Source: Plasmodiophora brassicae (Eukaryota). From it: 64,000 bases of DNA. The position numbers and the translations under genes are program-made. The stretch is taken from the NCBI GenBank assembly GCA_036867785.1, contig CP145409.1, positions 1,550,001-1,614,000 on the forward strand. Direction: 5' to 3'. This document shows, in pieces, positions 1 through 11,300 of the stretch; position 1 is the first letter of the stretch; the number at the start of each line of letters is the position of its first letter. The notes below the pieces were generated by a model. It ran no database searches and was not told the DNA's origin. It was given only the letters and a program-made list of their open reading frames with translations.

Positions 1-404
1 ATATTCCGCATCAATTAAGTTGTGCCTCGCTGCGAACGCTTCGCCTCGCCGTCCTGACGGTTCCCACTGGGCTCCATCGTTTTGGCGATGCAGTCGTAGC
101 GCGACGCCTGAAAATCCGACGGATATTCAGGCGCCGAGGGCCAAAATTGCGTCGCCTGCAAAATATTTGCAGTTTGACGCTCTGCGGTGGAGACGAGAAA
201 CGGAATCCGGATCTGAAAAATAGCGATGCAGTGCGGTTTTGCGTACGCGGTGGAGATGCTCTTAGAGACTGCAGAGCGATCAACGCCAAAACGATCCGCC
301 GCCGTCTGATGGGATATGCCCGCGTTGGCCTCTACGTACTCTATCACATTGAGCTTGCCCTCATTCGTGGCCCGATGCCGAGACCTTTTATCACCGGAAG
401 CCAT
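1..404 (-). mobile_element. CENP-B/pogo(Tigger)-type HTH DNA-binding fragment; degraded transposase or transposase-derived gene running off the window
   Basis: From ATG 404: MASGDKRSRHRATNEGKLNVIEYVEANAGISHQTAADRFGVDRSAVSK resembles the CENP-B N-terminal HTH (K..VI.........A..FGV..S.VS). The frame loses similarity downstream. Confidence 0.5.
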
Positions 405-519
405 CAGACAATGGGTCACAACGAGAGTTGATCTTCGATCGTGCGCCGAGTCCCGGAGCAAACCCGTCCGGAGATGGTCGCACCCGGTAGACATGGTTGC
501 TCCGTGCCACTGTCGGGGA

Positions 520-1796
520 CAGTGTTGTCGGATTTTGTTTAAACGTTTAAACGAAAAACGTTTTTTTGTATGTTTATTAAACATATGTTTAAACGTTTGA
601 CCCAACCTGGACGTTTAAACATGTAACGTTACAGTACCTCCAGTGCCCTAATATACGTCGGCCCGGTCCGTACGTGGCGCACTGCCCCACAGAAGCGGCC
701 TGTCGCGTAGCGGGGTATCTCGTGTCATTTTGTGCCCTTGGGGGTGGCGTCGTATCGGTTATGGCGAGCAAAGGCGGTCGGCGCCCTTCTGAAGCGCGGA
801 AGTTCTTCCATAAACTGGAGGAGAAATGCAATGGCTCCCAGTTTTGGTTTGCTGTGTGAGCGTGCCCACGTCGCAGACCCCGATACGGTCTTGCACTCGG
901 GATCGTACGGAGAAACGCAATAGGCGATCTCTGACAGGCATGGGCAATAAATACACATCTTTGGTGTGACTTCATTCGAAGGGTGACTGAGCACGATGTC
1001 GACGACCTGGATCACGGGCACCCACACCCCGCTGGCCTTGCAGATGAGGAAGGTCAGGCAGGCGACGGATCGGATCACGGTCAAGATGGCCGCGAACAGC
1101 GCCAAGTAGTCGACGTCCTCCAAGAATGGACAGAGGTCCTCGACGCGCTCGCGGCCAGCTGGGAGTGCTGTCGACGACACGAGGCTGCTGAGGTGGAGGC
1201 CATGGAACAAGAGGTGGTTCGACCGGCGTTGCCCGATCACAATGACAAGAATTGGCGCCAGGAACCGTCTGGCGCCAAACTGCAAGGTATGCGAGGTCGT
1301 AAGTGCTTGCTACAGGACTTGTTCCTGCGTATTTGAGGCCAAAGACCGGGACTTCTATCAGTAAACAACTATCGTTCTATTATTAGATGTTTAAATATAA
1401 AAACATGTTTAAACATGAATAAACATGATTAAACATGAAAAACATGTTCATTTCATGTTTAAACATGAAAAAACATGTTCATGATTAAACATGAAAAAAG
1501 TATTCATGAAAAACATGTTTAAACATGAAAACAAAACATGTTTAAACATGAAAAACATGATTAAACATGAAAAACATGTTCATTTCATGTTTAAACATGA
1601 AAAAACATGTTCATGATTAACATGAAAAAAAGTATTCATGAAAAACATGTTTAAACATGAAAACAAAACATGTTTAAACATGAAAACAAAACATGTTTAA
1701 ACATGAAAAAACATGTTTAAACATGAAAAAACATGTTTAAACATGAAAAAACATGTTTAAACGTTTTTTCCTCAGAGCACCTTTTTATCAACACTG
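520..1796 (+). mobile_element. Non-autonomous hAT-like DNA transposon
   Basis: Terminal inverted repeats CAGTGTTG (520-527) and CAACACTG (1789-1796). Flanking direct repeat TCGGGGA at 513-519 and 1797-1803. AT-rich subterminal GTTTAAAC repeats at both ends. Internal frameshifted BED-finger-like peptide (MASKGGRRPSEARKFFHKLEEKCNGSQFWFAV/CERAH). Confidence 0.7.
1388..1762. repeat. AT-rich subterminal tandem repeat, unit about AAAAACATGTTTAAACATG
   Basis: Many imperfect copies of ACATGTTTAAACATGAAAA are directly visible. Related GTTTAAAC copies occur at 537-620. Confidence 0.95.
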
Positions 1797-2061
1797 TCGG
1801 GGACATGCTCCCTGCCACCGACGTCGGGCACTCTGTCCTGGGACAATTATCCATATTTCCCCCAGTTTAAGTCACAGCCACCTAAACTCTGTAAAGTCAA
1901 GCTCAAACTCAATCCGGATCCCAGCTCCAGCCCGTTCCTGCCCGGCCCAGTGGCTTGACCAGTTGCAGTCAGTGGCTCAGTTCCTATATTCTGAAGCGAC
2001 GCCGCTGTACGTCGGTCGACAGACGCGGGCATCTGCCAGGCGTCCCGACGCCAACGGGCCC

Positions 2062-2679
2062 ATGTCCGATTCGTCAACTGCTTCGGCTACAGTACCGCCC
2101 ACGGGAGGCGATGACCATGCTGATGGCCTGTGTCGTATCTGTCTTCAGGATGGCAGCTCGCGAACGTTGCTGCGCCCGTGTCGGTGCCGTGGTACTCAGG
2201 CCGGCGTTCATGGTGAGTGCCTGCACAAATGGCTGATCACGGCATCGAGGACGACCTGCGAAGTGTGCCAATTCGAGTACAGACTATCGTACATACCGAC
2301 GCCCATTCACCGACTGCTCCTGTCCGGTCGACTGCCCCGTCACTGGGTCCGACTCCTCATCCACGGCATCTACTTGATGTTCCTCGCCCGGCGCCTCCTG
2401 GATATCACACGCAGATGGATCCGCCCAATGTCCAGCGCACGACGTCTCCTGATGACCTTTCTTATGGCCCATACTTCCGTCTTCATTACAGCCGAGTACG
2501 TTGCGTCATTGTATCGCTGCGCGCTCGTCCTCCACTGATCCGTTGCCCAATTTATGGAATGCAGTTGCCTGTTCATTGGCGAGCAGTTGGCCGAATGGTC
2601 GCGTTCGCACTCGACCGTGTTCATCGAAGATAGGCCGCTGGACCCGGCGCGAATACAGGTTGTACGTCTGTCGTCGTAG
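2062..2679 (+). CDS. RING-CH (MARCH-type) membrane E3 ubiquitin ligase, 2 exons (intron 2496-2564)
   Basis: C4HC3 motif CRICLQ...LLRPCRCRGTQAGVHGECLHKWL...CEVCQFEY followed by two hydrophobic segments. A GT-AG intron restores the frame to TAG 2677-2679. Confidence 0.85.
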
Positions 2680-2987
2680 TTGGCCCTCCGCCTACTCGCG
2701 TCATTGCAGCGAACGGCAGTGTAACTTTGGCAGAGACACGACCGCCCGCCCTATCCTGGTCTTCACCGGTGCTCGTCGGGCTCGCTGCTGTTTCGGTTGC
2801 TGACCACCAGCCTGCCCAGGCATACCTAAGTCAACATGCAAGTTTCTCACATAGATGCACGTTGCCCGCCATCTTGGACCTGTGAATCAACGGAGAGCAG
2901 GCGCCGATCGCAGGACATGCACTTCCAGGTGCTGTTCGCAGACACGGTCAGCATGGCATGATAATATTGTTCGCAGGTTACGGTTCA

Positions 2988-4356
2988 CTACTTGAGCGGG
3001 CGGGCGCCCAGCAGAACGCGGTCGCCCGACAGGACCAGTGCCATCAGGGATTGCAGGTCGGATAAGTTGGCTTTGCGGTCCAGGTCAATCAGGTCGGCTT
3101 TGCGGTTCAGCACACTCTGCAGATCTGCCAGACGTCCTGACAGTCTATCATGGACGTCGAGGGCAGCCGATCGGTGCAGCGCCTGGCGGCATTGCTCCAT
3201 CTGTTCGGTCAGGAGGGCGACCTGGTGCCGCAGCGCCGACAGGGCCGCATCCTGTCGATGCCTGTCGTCTCTGGATCGAAGCGACTGCTCGCAGACGAGG
3301 GTCGACAGCTGACGCAAGCTGCCCGAGAGCGCCCGATTAGATGCATGTACAGTCCGTCGAGTCGCAGACGAGTTACTTGGTTTCCTGGTCCACTAGGCGC
3401 CCCATAGGCACTGCTAGAGCATCGACGGCGGATACGAGGTCGCCTGTGTATAGTGCTGGCTGGCCTAGGCCGGCGCCGCTGTCCTGTAGGCGGTCCGCCA
3501 TGGCATGCAGGCAGCTGGCTAGGTCGCGCAGGCGCTTGGCGACATCGCCCATGGGTACTGTATGCTGCTCACCTATATCCGCTCCATGGCATCCGATAGA
3601 TATTTCCTGACATGAGTGAGTACGTACTGTACAAACCCAGATAAGGCGATCCAGGCATTGCCAGCGGGAACCCGTCCGACCGATGTACGTATACATCAAG
3701 CACTGCACGCGCGCCCTGAGCTGAGACGGTATGGCAGCTTAATGTATATGGGCAGATGTCGTTGGATACAGCGGGAGAAGTGGCCGCCGCTGGTTCTTGC
3801 CCTGGCACTGTGGCGTGCTTCCTGGTCCTCGTCCTGACGCCGGATCCGGCGATTCAGGCAGGAGTCGCGTCGGAGCCGATGGGTGTGGGCTCTCGATCGT
3901 ATAGGAGCGCAGTGGCCTGTGCACGGCCGATCGAGGCGTTGTCCATGGCGACCGAGACGACGAATCTGGTGAATAGAACACGGGCCGATGCGTCGTCGGC
4001 TTGCTGGACAGGTCGCCCATGGCTGGCGCCCGTGACTGAAAGTACGAGGCTGGCGATGCCAGAGACATCATCGACGACCGTACGGTATCGTCCGATGGCG
4101 TCGACATGAGCGACGCATCTCGGCATGCATCGGGACCAAGCACGTCGTCATCGAGCGACATGACGAAGTCACGCTCGTCGGCGTCGATGATGTCGGCGGC
4201 GGTCACTGTACAGCCAGGCGTGCACATTAGTCTACAGGCGCCGTGATACAGGCTGATGTACATACGCCCATCGTAGGAATCGAACATGTCATCGTCGGTG
4301 TCCAGCGCGACGTGGCCGCGCGGGCCCGGACCAGCGTCATCACCATCATGGTCCAT
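2988..4356 (-). CDS. Hypothetical multi-exon protein with C-terminal coiled coil
   Basis: Acidic N-terminus MDHDGDD..., a Ser/Pro-rich middle, and a heptad-like last exon (LSALRHQVALLTEQMEQCRQ...RKADLIDLDRKAN). Exon boundaries are approximate. Confidence 0.5.
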
Positions 4357-4694
4357 GATGGACGTGCGGCGTCTCCTGGGCGGGACTGGCGTCCTGAACA
4401 TATGGTCGTGCCTGTTCGCGCGACGACAGCAGCGGGGTGTGGTATCAGGCGCAGGCACGCTGCTGCAGTCGCCGGTCGATCGATGCAGACCCGAACTGCA
4501 GCGCCTGCCGACGAGTGACGGGTGGACCGATGCGCCACGGCGCAACCCCCCGCGCGACGCGGCGTATACGTACGCACGTGTGGACCAATGTACAACGTAT
4601 GTGCACACTCTGAACTTACTGCAAGTGTGTACTGACGGGTCGATTCCTACAATGGCGACCGATATTGATGTCCAACGACGTACAACCGTGCATT

Positions 4695-5162
4695 TTAACG
4701 CGAGCGTCGTTTCCGTTTGTCACGCGGACCGCTCGACACAGAGGAGGAGGAGGACGACGATGATGAGGATAGAGATGAGGAGGAGGAGGAGGAGGAGGAG
4801 GATGACGAGTCAGACGAAGAGGACCCAGATGACGACGACGACGAAGTATCAGAATCCGACTCTGAACCAGATGAGGTAGACGACGACGACGACGATGATG
4901 ATGACGAGGATGAACGGCGTCGTTTTCGTTTGCGTGAGGTTTCCTCCAAGCGTTGCTGTTCACGTTCCAGGTCGAGGATCTCCGGGGGCTTATGCTCCCG
5001 GATGACGGGTCGTGTTTCAGGTCGTTTCATCATGGTGGTTCTGCTGGCCCGTTTGACGTAGACGCGCGGGTTCTTGCACGCATACGTCCAGTGGCCTTTC
5101 TGCAGGCAATTCTGACACTGCGCCGATGCAGCATTCGCCTGTGATGCGCCCCGACGCCGCAT
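4695..5162 (-). CDS. ZCCHC10: ZCCHC10-like zinc-knuckle protein with Ser-rich tail
   Basis: QCQNCLQKGHWTYACKNPRVYVKRASRT matches the ZCCHC10 CX2CX3GHX4C knuckle with its Y..R.SRT motif. A basic stretch and poly-Ser tail follow. Confidence 0.85.
   Translation of the reverse strand: MRRRGASQANAASAQCQNCLQKGHWTYACKNPRVYVKRASRTTMMKRPETRPVIREHKPPEILDLEREQQRLEETSRKRKRRRSSSSSSSSSSSSTSSGSESDSDTSSSSSSGSSSSDSSSSSSSSSSSSLSSSSSSSSSSVSSGPRDKRKRRSR
4741..4912. repeat. GAG/GAC/GAT trinucleotide low-complexity tract (poly-Ser on the minus strand)
   Basis: Visible (GAG)n and (GAC)n runs. Confidence 0.9.
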
Positions 5163-6010
5163 GGCACTTCGCCGACCCACCTGGCCGTCCGTCAATGCGA
5201 CTGCGCAGTCCGCGCCGGCCGTCGAGTTCTCGCCCTCGCGTTCCACTTCCAACACAGCTCGGGGCATCGCATTAGACGGCGATCGGTGCACAGAATAACA
5301 ACAATGCCACGGCGGAACATCAGAGAGACACACGTGAGGCCAAATCCAACGATTAGTTTACCGTTCTGGTGCCTGCGTTTTGTCCTTTTTTAGCCAGGAG
5401 CGAAGACGCAATGCGTCATCTCGGTCAGCTGCACGATGACGAAATCGTTTCCTGTGTATTACATGGTTTTCAGGTGGACACATCGGCTGCGCCATGGCTC
5501 AGACCACGGCGTGTCGACAGCCCGTCTCGTCAATCGCTCGAATGAGACTGGCTGGAAAGTTCTCGAATCAATGTGTTGTCCGCCTGGTACCCAACACAGG
5601 GCCCAGGGGCCTGTTCTAGGTATGCATCGGCGAGCTTGACTACGTACCGCATAGCAGGTGCAGGGAGTCCCGGGTTGCGACGCGTACGTGGCATTGCCAG
5701 CTGCAGTGTGCCGGGTGGGCCGGTCAGTGCGGTCACGGAGAATTTTGTGCGCAGCCCGGCCGGGTCACGGCTCAGCATCGGCAACGGCACGACGCCCGGA
5801 GCCGGCTGCCGACACTGCCCGCCGCCTCCTCCTGCTGACCACACCCGGCAACGCTGCTGCGCCCCGAACGCCCCACCTGAAATCTGTCGCCGCGCATTTG
5901 CACCAGATTCCTGTCGCACCATTGCACACACGCACCTGTCTGCTACCGTCCGCTCTGCGCTTCGGGCAGCCGCCCAGCGTTCAGCTCGCTGTTAGTCGTC
6001 TTACGGTACC

Positions 6011-8306
6011 ATGGTAAAATTCGGCAAGTACCTGGCCGAGTCGTCCGTTCCGGAATGGCGCGATAAGTATTTGGACTACAAAGCCCTGAAGAAGGTGCTG
6101 AAACGGCTGTCGGCGGCTGCCATCGGCGCACGTCGTGCACCCGTCTCGCCGCCCGCGGTCGGCGAGGATGGTCGTCCATTGCCACCCGCCATGCGCCGCG
6201 TCGTGACCGACCACCTAACGGGGCGACCCTTTATGGTGGCCGTCACCACGCCACTGGTCGAGCCCATCATCGACCTATCCGGTCGCGCGGCACCGTCGTC
6301 GGCGTCGACGCCGGATCCGTTCCCGTTGTCGCTGACGACGCTGATGCCGACGACGATGGCGCACCGGGAGATCGAGATGCAGTTCTTTGCGCTGCTCCAG
6401 TCCGAATTGGAGAAGATTGTCGATTTCTTCCATGAGCAGTCGGCCTTCTTCGCCGGGCAGGTGGACGCCATGATGGTCAGGACGGAGCGCCGCGCATCGG
6501 TCGGCTCCAGCTTCCGCCTGCTCCTGCAGCGTCTGTACCAAGGCCTGCAGTTCCTGCAGAACTACCACGTGCTGAACTACGTGGCCGTCGCCAAGATACT
6601 CAAGAAGCACGACAAGATCTCGTCGTGGCACTCGTCAACGCAGGTCATCGTGCCGCACCTGCAGAGGCCCGACGTGTACCCGTCGCTGGCCCCGGTTCTC
6701 GACATGTCCCGCCAGGTCCAGGACGTCTTCCTGCAGTTGTACCCAGGCGGTACCGACATGCTTCGTGTCATACCGCAACCCGAGTCCCATACGACGTCGT
6801 TCACGGCCGGCGTCACCGTCGGTCTCCTGATTGCACTGATCGGCGTCATCGGCGCCATGTTCGCGCTGAACCCGACGCCCAGCCTTCCGCCTGGGTTCAT
6901 GGCCGCATTCCCGCCGTTCCGATTCCTCATACTGGTCACGTTCGCCCTGGTCATCTGGGGCGTTGACCTGGCCGTGTTCACCTCCAAACGAATCAACTAC
7001 GGTAGCAGGACCGCGTCTCCCGTATTCCTGACCGGTCCGCTGACATGGCTGGCTTGCTTGTTCAGGGTTCATACTGCAGGCGTCGCCGTCGTCGGTGCTG
7101 CGGAGCAATCAGGTGATCCTGGCGGCGGCCTTGTGCTTCGTCATTGTCCTGTCGTCGCTGTCGGTGTTCCTGGCCGTGACCATGTTCACCACGACCTGGG
7201 TCATCAACCCGGGATGGTTGCACCTGGGCGCCATGGTCACCCTGGCGGCCGTCCTGTTCTGCCCGTTCGACGTGTTTTACAAATCGTCGCGCGTCTTCTT
7301 TCTCCGCACGCTCTGGACGATCGTCTGCTCGCCGTTCTACCGGGTCCACTTCCGGACGTTCTTCATCGCCGATATCCTTGTACGTATGACGAACGCGACG
7401 GTGCGTTGACGGTGTCGCTGACTGGCGTCGTCCGTTGCCGTAGACGTCCCTGGTGCGCATCCTGTACGACCTGAACTATGTCATGTGCTACTACGCAACG
7501 GGGTCGTTCCTGGAGCGCAGCTCCACGACTTGCCAAGACGCGGTGCTGACAGGCAGATGGGCAGTCGCGTTCCTGCCGTACTGGTGGCGTATGGCGCAGT
7601 GCTTCCGTCGATACTATGATACCCTGGACGTGTTCCCACACCTGGCCAACGCCGCCAAGTACGGGTCGGCGCTGACCGTCACGTTCTTCTCATTGTTATC
7701 CAGCACGTACCCGGATGCGGTGTCCCTGCAAATCACCTGGGTCGTCGTCGCCATCATGAGCACACTGTATCTGTACGCCTGGGACATCCGAATGGACTGG
7801 GGCCTGCTGCAGCGCGGTGCCCGGCCGCCGCTCCTGCGTTCGCGCCTGATGTTCCCGCCTGCCGTCTACTACGCTGCCATGCTGATCAACCTGCTGCTGC
7901 GCATCACCTGGGTGCTCACCATATCGCCATCCACAGCGGACACCATTCTCGTCAACCAGGTCGGATGCGCGCCCCTGTCGCCTGCCTATGCGCTTTGCTG
8001 AACGACGCCCTTCTGTAGGATGTTCTCCTGCTGGCGCTGGCGCTCGGCGAGATGCTGCGCCGCGGCCAGTGGATCATCTTCCGGGTCGAGAACGAGCACC
8101 TGAACAATTGTGGCCGCTTCCGGATCGTCGACGAGATCCCGGTGGACATGCGGGACAGCGTCTGCAAGTCCAACGACTGCGAGCCGAACGACGCCGTTGA
8201 CGTGCAGATGGCGACATTGTCGAACGACAAGCGGGACGTGTCGGAATCGTACAGCGTGCTGGCGTCGTCCTCGCACAAGAGCACCCGGATACGACCGTCG
8301 GCATAA
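6011..8306 (+). CDS. XPR1: SPX-EXS phosphate exporter (XPR1/SYG1/PHO1 family), 4 exons (introns about 7002-7066, 7380-7443, 7960-8018)
   Basis: SPX motifs MVKFGKYL...VPEWRDKYLDYKALKK and LNYVAVAKILKKHDK. EXS motifs FFIADIL, LPYWWRMAQCFRRY, HLANAAKY, WDIRMDWGL and EMLRRGQWIIFRVENEHLNNCGRFR. Confidence 0.93.
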
Positions 8307-8375
8307 ACGTGTGACCTGCCACGATGCAGGGCATCAGCGTGCCGCGATCGCTGCCCCTGCGTCTTATGAACGTGT

Positions 8376-11300
8376 TTATAGCAGGTTCTTGGGTTTCGTC
8401 CACGTCGACCTGCCCGTGACGGCGTCGTGATAGTATTCCTCGCCGGCATCGGTCAGGTACCTGGCCCAGAGGCTGTCCACCTCCTTCGGGTGCCGTTCGG
8501 CGGCCTCGGGATCGGCCTGCACATTTGCCCCGACGCCGCCGCCGTCGTCGTCGTCGTCGTTGCGCGCCTTGACCGGGGCGTCGTCCTCCTCGTAGAACAT
8601 GGCGTACCTGGACGGGTCGGCGGCGGCCCTGGCGGCGCCGGATCCAGGATCGGCCAACGGCACCATGGTGGACGCGGCCGTGGCCGTATCGGCCCAGGTC
8701 GAAGCGACCGTCGTCGACGTGACGTCGTCGGCGGTTTGCCCGCCCGCCCCCGTCGTGCTGCTGATCTTCCTCTGGTGCGCCTCCTGCCGCGCAATGCAAG
8801 CCATGATGTCCTTGATCCAGGCGTCCTTGTCGTCGGGGGTGCCGGCGCCGACAATGATGGTCTTGGCGGTGCCCTTGACGCGGACCTGGAACGACAGGTC
8901 GTACTTGGCCTTGGCGTTCTTGCCGGTCTGGGCCACTGTGCACTGCGCCAGGTCCAGGCGTCGACGCAGGCGGAAGTTGTCGCCGACGATCTGAGAGTAG
9001 ATGAGCACGTCGGTGAACAGGTGGAACGCCAGCGACTCGGCCTTGCCGTGCCGGTCGAACTTGTCCAGGACGCCCCAGCGCACCAGGCGACGGTTCGGGA
9101 CGGCCAGGTCGACCAGGCCGCTGCCGCCGCGCTCGAACCGTCTCTCCAGCGACAGCAACGTCTCGTACTGCGCGCGCATCTCCATGATCTCGCTCATGCG
9201 CGCCCACGTGTCGCCCACCGATTGCTACGGGGACGGGGGGGAGACGGCGCGCGTCAGAAGCGGGGCGTCACGACGTTGTTGGCGGACGACGGGACACACG
9301 TACCTGTGCGGCCTGGAGCGCCGGGCTGGGCGCCACCGCCATGGTGCGGTCGATCAGCGACACGTAGGTGGGCACCCGCCTCAGCGGGCCGACCAGCCAC
9401 TTGTTCAGGAGCAGTGGCCCGGAGACGGCGCCGGCGTCGTACTGGCGCCCGCACTGGACGATGCGCTGGAAGACGCTGCTGGCGCCATCCTCCTCGGCGA
9501 ACCCGGCGACGCCCTCGCCGTAGTGCTTGGCGAACATGACGTAGAAGCGCTTCGACAGGTGGCTGAACTTGAGCAGGGCGTCGCCCAGGTCGGCGCCGGC
9601 GACGACCGATTGCACGAGCTGCCCGTGGACGGTCCTCAGGTTGCCGATCGTGTCGAACACGATGGCCAGCGACGGCGGCAGCGACGCGCACGACACGTCC
9701 TGCAGGAGCGGGTTGGCGAAGACACGCGCGATATCGTCCAGCTGGGTGGCGTACGCCGCCTCCGACGCCAGCAGCGCCTGCCGGGCGTCGTCGTACGACG
9801 AGATGGCCGCGTGGCTGATGCTGCCGCTGCTGCTGCTGCTGGTGACGGGGGTGATGGCGATGGCGACGGGCGGCGGGCCCTGATCGGGCAGGGCGGCCCC
9901 GGACGGCACCGGTTGCACGGGAGCGGGCGCCGGCACGCCGAGGCGCGCCTGGACCTCGGCCAGCAGGTCGTGCTGCGCCCTGACGGCGCTGACGATGACG
10001 GCCGGTTCACCGATCGACGTGGCCCGCGAGGCCGCCGACGACGCCGACTCGGAGGCGGCGTTCGACGACGACCGGGACCCGCCCTTGAAGATGCGGCCCA
10101 GGGCGCGCCGCGGCGACAGCCGGGTCGGCTCGTCGTGGTGGCGCGCCGGTTCGGCAGGCGCGTCCGGCGTCGTCTCGGGCAGGTCCACGCTGGGCGGCAC
10201 GACGGCGACCTTGGCCTTGAGCTCCTGCAGGGCGATGGCGAAGTGATTCCGGGGCGTCGACGCGCCACCGGACGCCGGTACGCTGGTGGACGACGGCGCC
10301 GCATGATGATGGGCGCTGCTGGTGCTGGTGCTGGTGCTGCTGGTCGTCGTCACCGGGTCGCTGGGGCGGCACAGGGCGCAGACCAGGCCGGGCCGGCTGC
10401 TCGTGGAGGGCATCTTCAGGCAGCAGCTGGGGCAGACGGATCGGCCGCAGCGGGCACAGTGTCGCGGGCGCACCAGCATGGAGAAGCGGGCGGCGCAGAC
10501 GGCACAGAAGTCGGTGCGCGTCATGACGGGCGCCGCCGTCGTCCCGCCGTCGTCGTCGTCGGTGTCGGCGCCGCCCGTGGCCGGGGCCAACCGGGCCGCC
10601 TCGTCGATGGCCGCCATCCAGGCGCTGGCGTCGTCCTCGGTGTCCGCCTGCACGATGAACGACTTGGTCGTCGTCTGCAGGACGAAGGCCGTCCCGGCCA
10701 GGCCTCGGCGCTTCAGCTCGAACGTGTCGCGCGCGACCGTGCACCCGTGCAGCGGGACGCTGCGCTCGTTGTGCCCGCCGTACCGCAGCTGGTCGGCGAA
10801 CAGCATGAACGTGTGCCTGCAGACAGTGGCGGTCGTCGTCAGCCCCCACCCTCGGACGACGACGGCGGCGGGCGTCGACCCACCGTTTGAAGTTGCCGTT
10901 CCTGTCCATCTTGGACAGGGCGCCCGTCCGCAGCAGCTGATGGCCGGTGGCGATCAGCGCCTGCGCCTTGCCCTTGACGCGTTTGAGCATCTCGTCGCGC
11001 GTCTCGGCCGCCCGAATCGCCTCGTTGATGGACGCGGCGGCCTGTTCGGTGACGGCCAGGGCGCGCTGCACGTCCGGGTCGCCCTTGGTCTCCTTGAGCA
11101 GCTCGCGCAGCAGCAGGGCGTATCGCGGCACGCGCTGGATCGGCATGATGCCCAGCGAGAAGAGCGTCTGGCCCTGCATGGAGATGTTCCTCAGGGCCAG
11201 GTCGATCTGTTCGGCCTGCTGGACCAGGACGGGGAGCGCGTGCCCGTAATGGGTCGCGTACGTCGTGTAGATGGAGAACAGGGGCGCGTACTGCTCGAAG

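Noticed and set aside
1388-1762. Possible CRISPR array or telomeric repeat
   Set aside because: There are no unique spacers and the context is eukaryotic. The repeats lie inside a TIR-bounded element and are better explained as subterminal repeats.
4717-5061. Poly-Asp/Glu protein on the plus strand
   Set aside because: It is the antisense reading of the ZCCHC10 poly-Ser tail.
4695-5162. Zinc-knuckle gene as an Air1/2-like partner of the Trf4-like array
   Set aside because: It has a single ZCCHC10-type knuckle, not the multi-knuckle Air/ZCCHC7 type. It is 15 kb away, and proximity is probably coincidental.
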